A stretch of 64,000 nucleotides of DNA from a candidate division WOR-3 bacterium (GCA_037441285.1 JBBISL010000003.1:32001-96000); one strand, 5' to 3'. Numbered from the stretch's first letter, positions 9,872 through 19,160 are shown. Notes: generated by a model from the sequence alone, not told the origin. Made by a program: numbers and translations.

Positions 9872-10360
9872 ATGGCAAAGCGCATTGCTTACTTCATTGC
9901 CGGCGTTATCATCTGGGTACTCTTAAGCTGGACCCTGCACTATCAGGAGGTACTTGCCGGGGTTGCGGTATCGGCGATTACCGCGGGTATGTTTGGTGGT
10001 TATCTACCCCTGAAGGCAGGAAAACTTTTGAATCCGGTGCGCTGGTTCTGGCTGCTTGTGTATATCCCGGTGTTTGGCTGGCAGTGTCTCAAGGCGAACA
10101 TTGATGTTGCGCTGCGCGTCCTTTCCCCTGGAATGAACTTAAAACCGGGAATTGTGAAGATTAAGACCAACTTGAAGAGCGATATCGCCCGGGTTTTTTT
10201 GGCGAACTCAATCACAATGACTCCGGGCACGCTTACGGTGGAAATCAAGGACGACTACCTCTACATTCACTGGATTGAAGTGCGCAGCGACGACCCGGAA
10301 GAGTGCGCCCGGATGATTAAAGGACCGTTTGAGTTTTTCCTCGCGCGGATATTTGATTAA
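9872..10360 (+). CDS. mnhE: Mrp subunit E (MnhE/MbhA)
   Basis: LANSITMTPGTLTV...LYIHWI. Confidence 0.93.
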   Translation: MAKRIAYFIAGVIIWVLLSWTLHYQEVLAGVAVSAITAGMFGGYLPLKAGKLLNPVRWFWLLVYIPVFGWQCLKANIDVALRVLSPGMNLKPGIVKIKTNLKSDIARVFLANSITMTPGTLTVEIKDDYLYIHWIEVRSDDPEECARMIKGPFEFFLARIFD

Positions 10361-10373
10361 GGAGGCTTGAGCG

Positions 10374-10625
10374 ATGATACCGATTATCGTTTTGATTCCG
10401 GCAGCGCTCTTCTGCCTGTATCGGGCGCTTCAGGGTCCATCAATTGCCGACCGGGCGATAGCGGTTGATATGATGGGCGTGGTGTTCTCGGCAATCACCG
10501 GTCTGGTTGCGCTTCAGTACCGCTTGAGTTACCTTCTGGACATCTCAATTGCGCTTGCGGTCATCTCATTTATTGGCACTCTGGCGCTGGCAAAGTACCT
10601 TGAAGGAAGGAGTCTTGATGATTAG
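10374..10625 (+). CDS. mnhF: Mrp subunit F (MnhF/MbhB)
   Basis: GPSIADRAIAVD...SFIGTLALAKYL. Confidence 0.92.
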   Translation: MIPIIVLIPAALFCLYRALQGPSIADRAIAVDMMGVVFSAITGLVALQYRLSYLLDISIALAVISFIGTLALAKYLEGRSLDD

Positions 10626-10971
10626 CGCACTGGCACTGATTTCGCTCTGGCTCGGAGTCATTTTCGTGCTTCTGGGTGCGCTCGGACTGGCACGGTTTCC
10701 GGACATCTACAACCGGATGCAGGCGGCGACCAAATGCGTCACCCTTGGGGTCTGCGGCATTATGCTCGGTGTATTTTTGAAAACCGGTTTCACGGCGCTC
10801 GGCATCAAGGCGCTCATCTGTGCCCTTTTCATCCTTGTCACGGTTCCGGTTTCCAGTCATGCACTGGCACGCGGCTCCTTAATCGCCGGAGTGAAACTGT
10901 GGAAGGGTACGGTCAAGGACAAGTTTACTGAAGACCGTGGTGGCAAATCAATCATTGAGGAAGAAAAATGA
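10618..10971 (+). CDS. mnhG: Mrp subunit G (MnhG/MbhC)
   Basis: RFPDIYNRMQAATKCVTLG...PVSSHALAR. Confidence 0.92.
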   Translation: MISALALISLWLGVIFVLLGALGLARFPDIYNRMQAATKCVTLGVCGIMLGVFLKTGFTALGIKALICALFILVTVPVSSHALARGSLIAGVKLWKGTVKDKFTEDRGGKSIIEEEK

Positions 10972-11579
10972 GGATTCCATTACCAAAACTGCGGGAACTA
11001 ATTGAAGCGGTGCGGGCGGTGGTTAAAGGTCCGTTTACCACCCAGTTTCCGAAAAAGGTTGATTCGGTTCATCCCAACTTCCGGGGAATTTTGAAGTTCC
11101 GGGAAGAGAACTGCCTCTGCTGTGGCGCCTGTGTCCAGGTTTGTCCAACCGATGCCCGCGAGATTGTCATTGACCTTCAGAAGGGTGTCAAGCGTAACAT
11201 CCACTATGCGGACCATTGTATCTACTGTGCCCAGTGTGTCCTGCACTGCCCGAACGATGCGATTTACCACACCCCGGAGTTTGACCTTTCCCGGACCGAA
11301 CGGGGCGGTTGGGAAACATCGGTGGAGAAGGAACTGGTTTACTGCGAAATCTGCGGCGCACCATTTGCCACCCGCGCCCACCTGTTATGGATTGCCCATC
11401 GGGTTGGTGATTTGGTCAACTCCAACCCGACCCTGTTTTTGACCCTTTATCAGTCGCTCGGTATTGCCGCGCCCCAGGAAGCGCCTGCCGGCGCGGTTCC
11501 TTACCGTTCTGGCACATTAAGGGTTCTCTGCCCGGACTGTCGGCGCAAGACCTATATGTCCGAAGAGTGGGGTTATTAA
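10968..11579 (+). CDS. 2x[4Fe-4S] subunit (NuoI/HycF/MbhN family)
   Basis: CLCCGACVQVCP and CIYCAQCVLHCP, plus distal CEIC and CPDC pairs as in HycF/HyfH. Confidence 0.9.
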   Translation: MRIPLPKLRELIEAVRAVVKGPFTTQFPKKVDSVHPNFRGILKFREENCLCCGACVQVCPTDAREIVIDLQKGVKRNIHYADHCIYCAQCVLHCPNDAIYHTPEFDLSRTERGGWETSVEKELVYCEICGAPFATRAHLLWIAHRVGDLVNSNPTLFLTLYQSLGIAAPQEAPAGAVPYRSGTLRVLCPDCRRKTYMSEEWGY

Positions 11580-12085
11580 CAACCCTGACTCAAACACTCT
11601 TATCCGAAACACTCCTTAACCGCATAAACCGGAAGAAGTTACTGAACTGTGCCTGTGCTATTGGGTTTAAGTGAATTCAGACCGGGCTTGGCACCGCACT
11701 AAAGAACATAACATACAAGACCCATCTGTAAGTAAATCTGTGATGGGCAAAAGAATTGGGTGATGACATTGAACTGACCTCTTTTCAGGGTGGGGTATTG
11801 CACAGGGTTTTCGGTGTAAGTTAAATAATTATCAATAAGATAACACCGAAGGGCTCTATTCTGGCTTCTGCTCTATCACACTTCTGCGCTATAGTCCTAT
11901 GCGCCAGAAAGGGCGAGTCAGGGGTAATCCCCGGAACTGTACCCGGACTACCGGGTGTGCCTTTTTTGTAACTCTTTGCCGCTTTTTCGTATATAATATA
12001 ACAATCCGCAAAACCGGGCGTTAATCTGGTCTGTTTTTGTTGACAGAAGGTTCTTTTTGTGTAACATTCAATATCTGGTAAGGTT

Positions 12086-13819
12086 ATGAGTTTGAGAGTT
12101 TTTCGCCTTTTGCTCTCGGTTTGCGTTATCTTCAACCCTGTTTTTTCCGGTACCAGCAGGACTAAAAACCCGCGCGACAGACTAACAAAGAGAGTTCCAG
12201 AATCTTTCAATTTTCCAAAACACAAACAAGAAAAAGACAGGCTTATGGACTATATTGGTGTTGCAAAAACATCGCTTGGACAAAATGCAGATGGAGCGAG
12301 ATATGGCATAAGAGCAACAAAAATTCCACCAGACACAACAATACACAAATCACCAGATACTGGCGGTCTTTATTCTGTTGCTGATTCTGAATTAGGGCCA
12401 TTTAATGTTGGGGACACAATCATAGTTCATTTGTACAAGCGGATCAACCCGCAAGATAGTTCAAATATAGTTCATGTTGTTACACCAGAAGACACATTAT
12501 GGTATTGGCAATATCTTCCAGAGGTTTGTTGTGACAGTTCTCTTGTTCCCAACAGAGCACACACAATATGTATAAGAAACGTTTTTTCTCCTATTAATAC
12601 AAGAAAGTTTGTAGAATACTATTTAAAAAAAGACCCCTCTCATAGAGACACTGTTTTTGGTCCGCAATATAATTCAGCTGACACCTTTTTCTTCAATTTA
12701 GAGCATCTTCCTCAGCCCGCAAATGATGGTGATACTGTTAATATGCACATTGGCCTTTTTGAGATACTAGGTAGTGATACTATAGTTAATGATACCATTT
12801 ACTTAGACACTTTTGACATTGTTAAAAAATGGGTTGGCAGATTTCCAAATGATGCTCAGAGAATGGACACCTGCACCCTGCGGGTTCATATCGTGCACGA
12901 TGTGGGTGTAGCGCGGATTGTGGCGCCGGTTGGTGTTATTGACTCGGGTATGGTTGTTACCCCCGAGGTCTGGATAAAGAACTACGGCAGCCGTAGCGGG
13001 ACCTTTGCTGCCCGGTTCAGGGTTGGCACGGTGTATGACCGCCGGGTTTCAGGTATCAACCTTGCACCTGGTGAGACCATCCTGATTAGTTTTCCCGAAT
13101 GGCACGCAGACTGCCGGGGCATAGTTGCGGTCCGGTGCTCAACTGAACTGGACGGTGATGCCAATCCGGCTAATGACTGCAAAGTGGACACGGTGTTTGT
13201 GCGGTTGCAGGATGTGGCGGCAGAGCGGATTCTTGCCCCGCGCGGTGTGGTGCGGCTGGACAGCACCATCATTCCAGCAGCGGTGGTCCAAAATCCGGGC
13301 ACAGAGCCGGTCCAGTTCTGGGCGATAATGCGCATCGGTTCTGACTACATTCAGGGTGTGCCGGATTCGCTGGCGCCGGGTGGGGTTGATACGGTATGGT
13401 TTGGCACCTGGCGTGCGAGCCAGATTGGGGTTTATCCGGTGCGCTGCACGGTGGCGCTGGTCGGTGATATGAACCCGTTTAACGACATCACTTTTGACAG
13501 TGTGGTTGTCACTGCTGCTGGTGTCACAGATGCGGGCAACCAGCCGGAGTACTTCCAGACCATTGGTGCCAGCATTACTGCTGGCGGTTTTGGGTTCCGG
13601 TATCGGCTGGACCAGGATGCGGTGGTAAAGGTTGCCATCTATTCGGCAACCGGCAAACTAATCCGCACTGTTGAGTCCAGCCACCGGGGTCCGGGCGTTT
13701 ATCAGGTGCGATGGGATGGCAGGGACAACAGGGGCAAAATCCTGCCCGGTGGTGTTTACTACTGCCGGTTTGCGGCCGGGCGGTTTGCAACCACCTGCAA
13801 ACTCATCTGGCAGGATTAA
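12086..13819 (+). CDS. Secreted protein with two CARDB-like Ig repeats and a C-terminal FlgD-Ig/T9SS-like sorting domain
   Basis: Signal peptide; repeats HDVGVARIVAP...DANPAND and QDVAAERILAP...DMNPFND; WDGRDNRGKILPGGVYY. Confidence 0.75.
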   Translation: MSLRVFRLLLSVCVIFNPVFSGTSRTKNPRDRLTKRVPESFNFPKHKQEKDRLMDYIGVAKTSLGQNADGARYGIRATKIPPDTTIHKSPDTGGLYSVADSELGPFNVGDTIIVHLYKRINPQDSSNIVHVVTPEDTLWYWQYLPEVCCDSSLVPNRAHTICIRNVFSPINTRKFVEYYLKKDPSHRDTVFGPQYNSADTFFFNLEHLPQPANDGDTVNMHIGLFEILGSDTIVNDTIYLDTFDIVKKWVGRFPNDAQRMDTCTLRVHIVHDVGVARIVAPVGVIDSGMVVTPEVWIKNYGSRSGTFAARFRVGTVYDRRVSGINLAPGETILISFPEWHADCRGIVAVRCSTELDGDANPANDCKVDTVFVRLQDVAAERILAPRGVVRLDSTIIPAAVVQNPGTEPVQFWAIMRIGSDYIQGVPDSLAPGGVDTVWFGTWRASQIGVYPVRCTVALVGDMNPFNDITFDSVVVTAAGVTDAGNQPEYFQTIGASITAGGFGFRYRLDQDAVVKVAIYSATGKLIRTVESSHRGPGVYQVRWDGRDNRGKILPGGVYYCRFAAGRFATTCKLIWQD

Positions 13820-13937
13820 ACTGCGGTTTGGTCCGGGGAAAATGACGGGGACGGATTGTCGGCGCCGATAACGCGGTCCTAACACATTTCTCCACTGAAT
13901 CGCTTGACATTTTTTCCGTTTTGGTAATACTTGGGAT

Positions 13938-14282
13938 GTGACGATTGGTGAGTTTCAGAAGTTAATCGGTGAGATTTATCTGGTTAAGGACCGCCAGCGC
14001 GGGGTTGAGGGCACTTTTCGCTGGTTTGTGGAAGAGGTGGGCGAACTGGCGCGGGCGCTGCGACACAATCGAACCGAAGAGAAGGAAGAGGAGTTTGCCG
14101 ATGTTTTTGCCTGGCTGGTGAGTCTGGCGAGTATTGCCGGAGTGGAACTGGAGCAGGCGTGCCGTAAGTATCGCAATGGCTGCCCGAAGTGCCATTCAAT
14201 ACCGTGTCAGTGCAGGGAAGAAAGCGGTTTTCACACCGGCAGGAAGCCGGATTGTGAGGACCGGAGCGGAAGATTGGGGTAA
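13938..14282 (+). CDS. MazG-like nucleotide pyrophosphohydrolase
   Basis: WFVEEVGELA...EEFADVFAWLVSLA; C-terminal CPKC...CQC. Confidence 0.88.
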   Translation: MTIGEFQKLIGEIYLVKDRQRGVEGTFRWFVEEVGELARALRHNRTEEKEEEFADVFAWLVSLASIAGVELEQACRKYRNGCPKCHSIPCQCREESGFHTGRKPDCEDRSGRLG

Positions 14283-14291
14283 AGGAGCGTT

Positions 14292-15446
14292 ATGGGTAAC
14301 ACACTTTTACTGTTTGCGTGGCTTTTAAGCGCGGTTTCACCACCGACGCTTTTTGTTCAGGATACGCCCAATGATGCGGGAAAGAGTATCACCATTCGCT
14401 GGCAACTGGCGCCAGAGCAAAGTCCGGATTTGGTTGTTCTGGAGCGGAGTTGCGAGCGGGAGTCAACGCAGATTGTCGCGACGCTCGGTGCCGGTGATAA
14501 TGGGTACATTGATGAGAATGTTTGTGATGGGGTGCGCTACGCTTATCGCCTGGGTGCGGTGTTTGGCACGGATACGGTGTGGAGTGAAAGTTCCGGATGG
14601 GTGGTGAGTAAGCCGCAGTGGTTTAACTGGGGAAGGGTGAACATCCTGATTGCGATGATTCTGTTTTTTGCCCTGGTGATTTATTTTATTGAGCATGCGA
14701 AGGCAGGTCGGCATCTGTTTGTGAGGCGCATCGCGGGTTTGGATGCGGTGGAAGAGGCGGTAGGAAGAGCGACCGAGATGGGAAAGCCGATTGTTTATGT
14801 GCCCGGGTTGGGTTCGGTGGCGGATATCGCAACGATTGCTTCGCTCAATATCCTGGGTGAAGTGGCAAAGAAGACCGCCCAGTACGACTCGGCACTACTC
14901 GTGCCGAACCGCGACCCGATTGTTTATACGGTGGCACGGGAGGTGGTGAAGGAGGCTTACACCCGGGCAGGCAGGCCCGATGCGTTTAAACCGGATAACA
15001 TCTTTTATGTGACTTCGGAGCAGTTTGCCTATGCGGCGGCGGTGGACGGTTTAATGGTGCGGGAGAAGCCGGCAACGAACTTTTTCCTTGGTACATTCTG
15101 GGCAGAGTCGCTAATTCTCGCGGAGACGGGCGCAACGACCGGTGCGATTCAGATTGCCGGGACCGATTCGGTGTTCCAGTTGCCGTTTTTTATCACCGCC
15201 TGCGACTACACCTTGATTGGCGAAGAGCTTTATGCGGCAAGCGCCTATCTTTCGCGCGAGCCTTTGCTGCTCGGTTCTCTCAAAGGGCAGGATATGGGGA
15301 AGTTGGTGATTCTCTTGGTGATTGTTCTGGGTTCGGCGTTGGTTTTGCTTTCGGCGTTACCCGGGCTGAAATTTTTCCAGGCGGTGAGCAACTTCTTTAA
15401 TGTGAGCGGTATCAACCTGATTGGTACCGGTCTTCCCCTCGGGTAA
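14292..15446 (+). CDS. Membrane protein: signal peptide, FN3-like domain, TM, soluble domain (DUF6754-like, from recall), TM
   Basis: DTPNDAGKSITIRW...YAYRL; RRIAGLDAVEEAVGRATEMGKP; GEELYAASAYLS. Confidence 0.7.
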   Translation: MGNTLLLFAWLLSAVSPPTLFVQDTPNDAGKSITIRWQLAPEQSPDLVVLERSCERESTQIVATLGAGDNGYIDENVCDGVRYAYRLGAVFGTDTVWSESSGWVVSKPQWFNWGRVNILIAMILFFALVIYFIEHAKAGRHLFVRRIAGLDAVEEAVGRATEMGKPIVYVPGLGSVADIATIASLNILGEVAKKTAQYDSALLVPNRDPIVYTVAREVVKEAYTRAGRPDAFKPDNIFYVTSEQFAYAAAVDGLMVREKPATNFFLGTFWAESLILAETGATTGAIQIAGTDSVFQLPFFITACDYTLIGEELYAASAYLSREPLLLGSLKGQDMGKLVILLVIVLGSALVLLSALPGLKFFQAVSNFFNVSGINLIGTGLPLG

Positions 15447-15460
15447 GAAAGGAGGATGTT

Positions 15461-16087
15461 GTGCGCAGGAGTATACCGCTGGCGATTTGTTTGATAATGG
15501 GGATTGTGATGATGGTTCAGTTTTTTGTGCCCCATCCGATTTCGGTCGGCTTTTACGACCTGACAACAAAGTGGATTCGGATTGTTTCGGCTTTTGCCTT
15601 GGTTCTGGGGGTGGGAAGTTTGGCTCTCTACCATCTTGACCGGTTGCAGCGCCGGCGTGCCGGCTGGGTGTATTCAATCGTCACGCTGGTGGCGCTGGTG
15701 GTTACCGCGGTTATCGGTTTGGTCTGGGGTGTGAAGCCCGGTTCGCCATTGCAGGAGGTGATTTTTAAGAATATGCTGGTGCCGCTGAATGCGTCAATGT
15801 TTGCGATTCTGGCGTTTTATATGGCGTCAGCGGCATATCGCGCGTTCCGGGCGCGAACCAAGGAAGCGGCGTTGCTTTTGATTGCGGCGTTTATTGTGAT
15901 GCTCGGAATGGTGCCGGTGGGTGCGGCAATCTGGGGTAAACTGCCGGAAGTGGCGGAGTGGATTCTTTCGGTGCCGAATATGGCGGCAAAGCGGGCGATT
16001 GTGTTCGGGGTGGCGCTGGGCGCGATTGCAACTTCACTCAAGGTGATTTTAGGGATTGAACGCGGCTGGCTGGGAGGAGGTAAGTGA
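15461..16087 (+). CDS. Membrane protein of unknown function (about 6 TM)
   Basis: Six hydrophobic segments; SD AGGAGG; GTG start. Confidence 0.75.
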   Translation: MRRSIPLAICLIMGIVMMVQFFVPHPISVGFYDLTTKWIRIVSAFALVLGVGSLALYHLDRLQRRRAGWVYSIVTLVALVVTAVIGLVWGVKPGSPLQEVIFKNMLVPLNASMFAILAFYMASAAYRAFRARTKEAALLLIAAFIVMLGMVPVGAAIWGKLPEVAEWILSVPNMAAKRAIVFGVALGAIATSLKVILGIERGWLGGGK

Positions 16088-16929
16088 TGAATATCTGGGA
16101 ACGGCTTTTAAAGATTGACCGGAAGATTATCTTTGTGGTGATGGCGGTGCTGGTGCTTTTCCCGCTCTTGAAGCCGTTAGGTCTGGGAGTTAGTTCTGGA
16201 CCGCGGGCAAAGGCGGTTTTTGATGCGGTGGATGCGATTCCGCCGGGAAAGACGCTCTTGATTTCGGTGGACTTTGACCCGGCGTCAATGCCCGAACTTT
16301 ACCCGATGCTGGTGGCGTTGATGCGCCATGCGTTTGCCCGTGATGTGAAGGTGCTTTTGTGCGGGTTGTGGATTACCGGTGCCGGACTGGCAGACAAGGC
16401 GGTAACCGAAATTCCACCGGAGTATGGTAAGGAGTATGGTAAGGATGTGGTGTATCTGGGCTGGAAAGCAGGGGTTGATGCGGTGATTTTAGGGATGGGT
16501 GAGAACATCAAAAATGTGTTTCCGGTGGACTACTATGGCCATCCGCTTGACTCTTTGCCAATGATGCAGGAGGTGGTGCGGTTGCGGGACATACCGTTTA
16601 TGGTCGCGATATCAGCCGGTACACCAGGGTTTGGTGACTGGTTGCTTTACGGGCAGTCGCGCTATGGGTTGCGGGTTGGTGCCGGTGTTACTGCGGTTTC
16701 CGCGGCCGATGCCTATCCTTATCTGCAAACCGGTCAGTTGACCGGACTTTTAGCCGGGATGAAGGGTGCTGCCGAATATGAAGTGTTGCTTACCAGGAAG
16801 GGGTATAGTAAGGCTTATATGCCGGCGGTTGCTGCGATGGATTCCCAATCACTTGCCCATCTGGTGATTTTAATCCTGGTTGTACTTGGCAATGTGGCGT
16901 TTTTTGCCACGAGAATGAAAAGGAGGTAA
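16084..16929 (+). CDS. Membrane protein: TM, soluble domain, TM; apparent paralog of the 14292 product
   Basis: Terminal TM helices; SQSLAHLVILILVVLG aligns with GQDMGKLVILLVIVLG. Confidence 0.75.
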   Translation: MMNIWERLLKIDRKIIFVVMAVLVLFPLLKPLGLGVSSGPRAKAVFDAVDAIPPGKTLLISVDFDPASMPELYPMLVALMRHAFARDVKVLLCGLWITGAGLADKAVTEIPPEYGKEYGKDVVYLGWKAGVDAVILGMGENIKNVFPVDYYGHPLDSLPMMQEVVRLRDIPFMVAISAGTPGFGDWLLYGQSRYGLRVGAGVTAVSAADAYPYLQTGQLTGLLAGMKGAAEYEVLLTRKGYSKAYMPAVAAMDSQSLAHLVILILVVLGNVAFFATRMKRR

Positions 16930-16930
16930 G

Positions 16931-17560
16931 ATGCACATCTCCACTGATATCTGGACCTGGTTGGCAGTTATCCTGACCTTTGGAATTTTCTCTTTCCTCT
17001 GGAAGGACAACCCATTTTACAAGTTTTGTGAGCATCTGTTTGTCGGGGTTTCAGTTGGCTATACGATTGCACTTACCTGGTACAATTCGGTGTATCCGGA
17101 CCTGATTACGCCCCTGTTCCGGCAGGGGAAGCCGCTTTACATAATTCCATTTGTCCTCGGCTTGTTCTACTTTGCCCGATTTATTCCCCAGGTTTCCTGG
17201 CTGGTGCGGATTCCGATGGGTTTTGTGCTGGGCTGGGCATCAGGGGTGGCGATACCCGCATTTTTCCAGACGAACATCATCAAGCAGATTCAGGGAACAC
17301 TTTTGACACCGGGGATTTTTAGCCGCTGGGATGTTTTTCTCTGGGCGCTGATTTCGTTTGTTGGCGTTATCTGTTCGGTACTTTACTTCTTTTTCTCCCG
17401 GGAGCACAAGGGCGCGCTTAAGGTTGCCGCTGACACCGGGATTGTTTTTCTGATGATTGGGTTTGGCGCTTCTTTTGGCTATACGGTTATGGCGCGTATG
17501 TCTCTGCTCATTGGCCGGTTCCAATTCCTTTTGCGCGACTGGTTAGGGGTGATAAAATAG
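16931..17560 (+). CDS. Membrane protein of unknown function (about 6 TM)
   Basis: Six hydrophobic segments; SD AGGAGG. Confidence 0.75.
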   Translation: MHISTDIWTWLAVILTFGIFSFLWKDNPFYKFCEHLFVGVSVGYTIALTWYNSVYPDLITPLFRQGKPLYIIPFVLGLFYFARFIPQVSWLVRIPMGFVLGWASGVAIPAFFQTNIIKQIQGTLLTPGIFSRWDVFLWALISFVGVICSVLYFFFSREHKGALKVAADTGIVFLMIGFGASFGYTVMARMSLLIGRFQFLLRDWLGVIK

Positions 17561-17618
17561 TTAACAGACGCACGATTTGCAGTGCGGTAAACAAGCGCGG
17601 TTGTGCAGGGGAGGTTAA

Positions 17619-19160
17619 ATGGGACTTTTAATCGGGCTTTTGCTTTTTTGTGGGGCGGGTAGCGGAGTTTATGTACCGACCGATTCCCGGATTTATGAAG
17701 ACTTTGATTTGCTGAAAACCGCGGGGTTGATTAAATCACTGCCTTCAACAAGCAAACCCTGGACCCGGGAAGAGTGCGAGAGACTTTTTTTTGAGGCGGA
17801 GTCGGTTGCCCGAAGTTGTCGGTTAAATGCGGCACAGCAGGCGGCGCGGGCAAGGTTGCGCTGGGAACTGATAAAGAAAAAACCGCTTGTTGGAATTGAC
17901 CTGTCCGAGACAGGCGAGTCCGGGAACCGATTGATTTTACTCAATTTGTTCGCCCGGATGCGGGCAGAACCGGGAAAGCAAAGGGTGTCGTTGGGTGTGA
18001 ATGCCGAAAACGAGCCCGCAGACCGGTTCTTTTTTTACGATGAGATGGCACCGGTGCTGCTTAATCCGAAAGAGCCAAGGATTCTTGACTCTGCCGGCTG
18101 GCACAATCCTAATGCCCGGGTTGTTTCCTGGCAGGACCGGGTTTTATGGGAGATGGAGCGGGCGTATTTGGGTGTTAAGTTTCCCGGCTTAAGGCTGGAA
18201 CTGGGCAGGGATGAGTTTTTCTGGGGACCGGGGTATCTGTCAAGCGTGATGCTTTCGGACCGGGCGCCGGCGCTGGACCATTTTCAACTCCTTTTGAAAG
18301 GGAGAAGTTTGAAGTTTCTTGCCTTTACCGCAATGCTTTCGCGCTGGAATCGTACCCATCGGTTTTTATCCGGGCAGCGGCTTGAGGTTTCGCTTTTTAA
18401 CCGGCTGGTTTTAGGTGGGGCGATGTTCAATGTTTACACCTATGAGAATGCCTGGGATTTTACCGGTATGCTTAACCCGCTTTTACCGCTCTATTTTTCG
18501 GTTGCCAATTCCGGACACGGCGACAACCTGTTGATGGGCTGGGATGCGGCGCTCTATTTGCCGAAAACCAAAATATACGGGCAGCTGTTTCTGGACAATT
18601 ATGAGTTCAATACTAGAAAGGATGCGCCAAACTGCGTTGGTTTGCAAGCCGGGTTTCTGCTAACACCCGGGGCTTTTGAGATTCGGGCTGAGTATGCGTT
18701 GATTACCGCATTTACCTATTACCACCGGATATATTCGATTATGTATGAGAACTATTCGGTGCCACTGGGTCATGAACTGGGACCAGATGCGGACCGGTTG
18801 TGGGCAAGGGTTTCTTATACGCCACTAACCTGGCTCAAAGCATCGGTTGCTGGAGATTGGTCCCGACGCGGTTATTACAATCGGGGCGGTTTTTCGCGCC
18901 AGAGTTACCAGATGAGCGATACCGTTTTTCTACGCCATCATTATCAGTTTCCGGCAAAGGGCTGGGATTCGACAAAAGCCGATGAGGATGTGGAGGTTGA
19001 AAAGGTGTTGCGGGCAGGACCAGAACTGGAGTTCAGTTTGCCGCGCGGGTTTTATCTTCAAGCCCTGGTTCAAGCGGCATATTATAAGAATCAGGGCGGG
19101 GTGCCGGACAAGAATGGGGTTGAGCCTGAATTTCTGTTAAAGTTGGAGTACCGCTATTAA
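17619..19160 (+). CDS. Outer membrane beta-barrel, capsule assembly Wzi-like
   Basis: Signal peptide; LELGRDEFFWGPG...LSDRAP; IYGQLFLD; PLGHELGPDA; terminal aromatic residue. Confidence 0.75.
   Translation: MGLLIGLLLFCGAGSGVYVPTDSRIYEDFDLLKTAGLIKSLPSTSKPWTREECERLFFEAESVARSCRLNAAQQAARARLRWELIKKKPLVGIDLSETGESGNRLILLNLFARMRAEPGKQRVSLGVNAENEPADRFFFYDEMAPVLLNPKEPRILDSAGWHNPNARVVSWQDRVLWEMERAYLGVKFPGLRLELGRDEFFWGPGYLSSVMLSDRAPALDHFQLLLKGRSLKFLAFTAMLSRWNRTHRFLSGQRLEVSLFNRLVLGGAMFNVYTYENAWDFTGMLNPLLPLYFSVANSGHGDNLLMGWDAALYLPKTKIYGQLFLDNYEFNTRKDAPNCVGLQAGFLLTPGAFEIRAEYALITAFTYYHRIYSIMYENYSVPLGHELGPDADRLWARVSYTPLTWLKASVAGDWSRRGYYNRGGFSRQSYQMSDTVFLRHHYQFPAKGWDSTKADEDVEVEKVLRAGPELEFSLPRGFYLQALVQAAYYKNQGGVPDKNGVEPEFLLKLEYRY

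Noticed and set aside
847..11579. Annotation as complex I (nuo) or sulfane reductase MBS
   Set aside because: The large subunit keeps both CxxC Ni-binding motifs and the small subunit has CxxC rather than the adjacent CC of NuoB
11821..12225. 134-aa minus-strand ORF, and similar short ORFs in the 38.9 and 55.9 kb spacers
   Set aside because: They overlap real genes or promoters and have no recognisable motifs or RBS; the shared signal looks nucleotide-level
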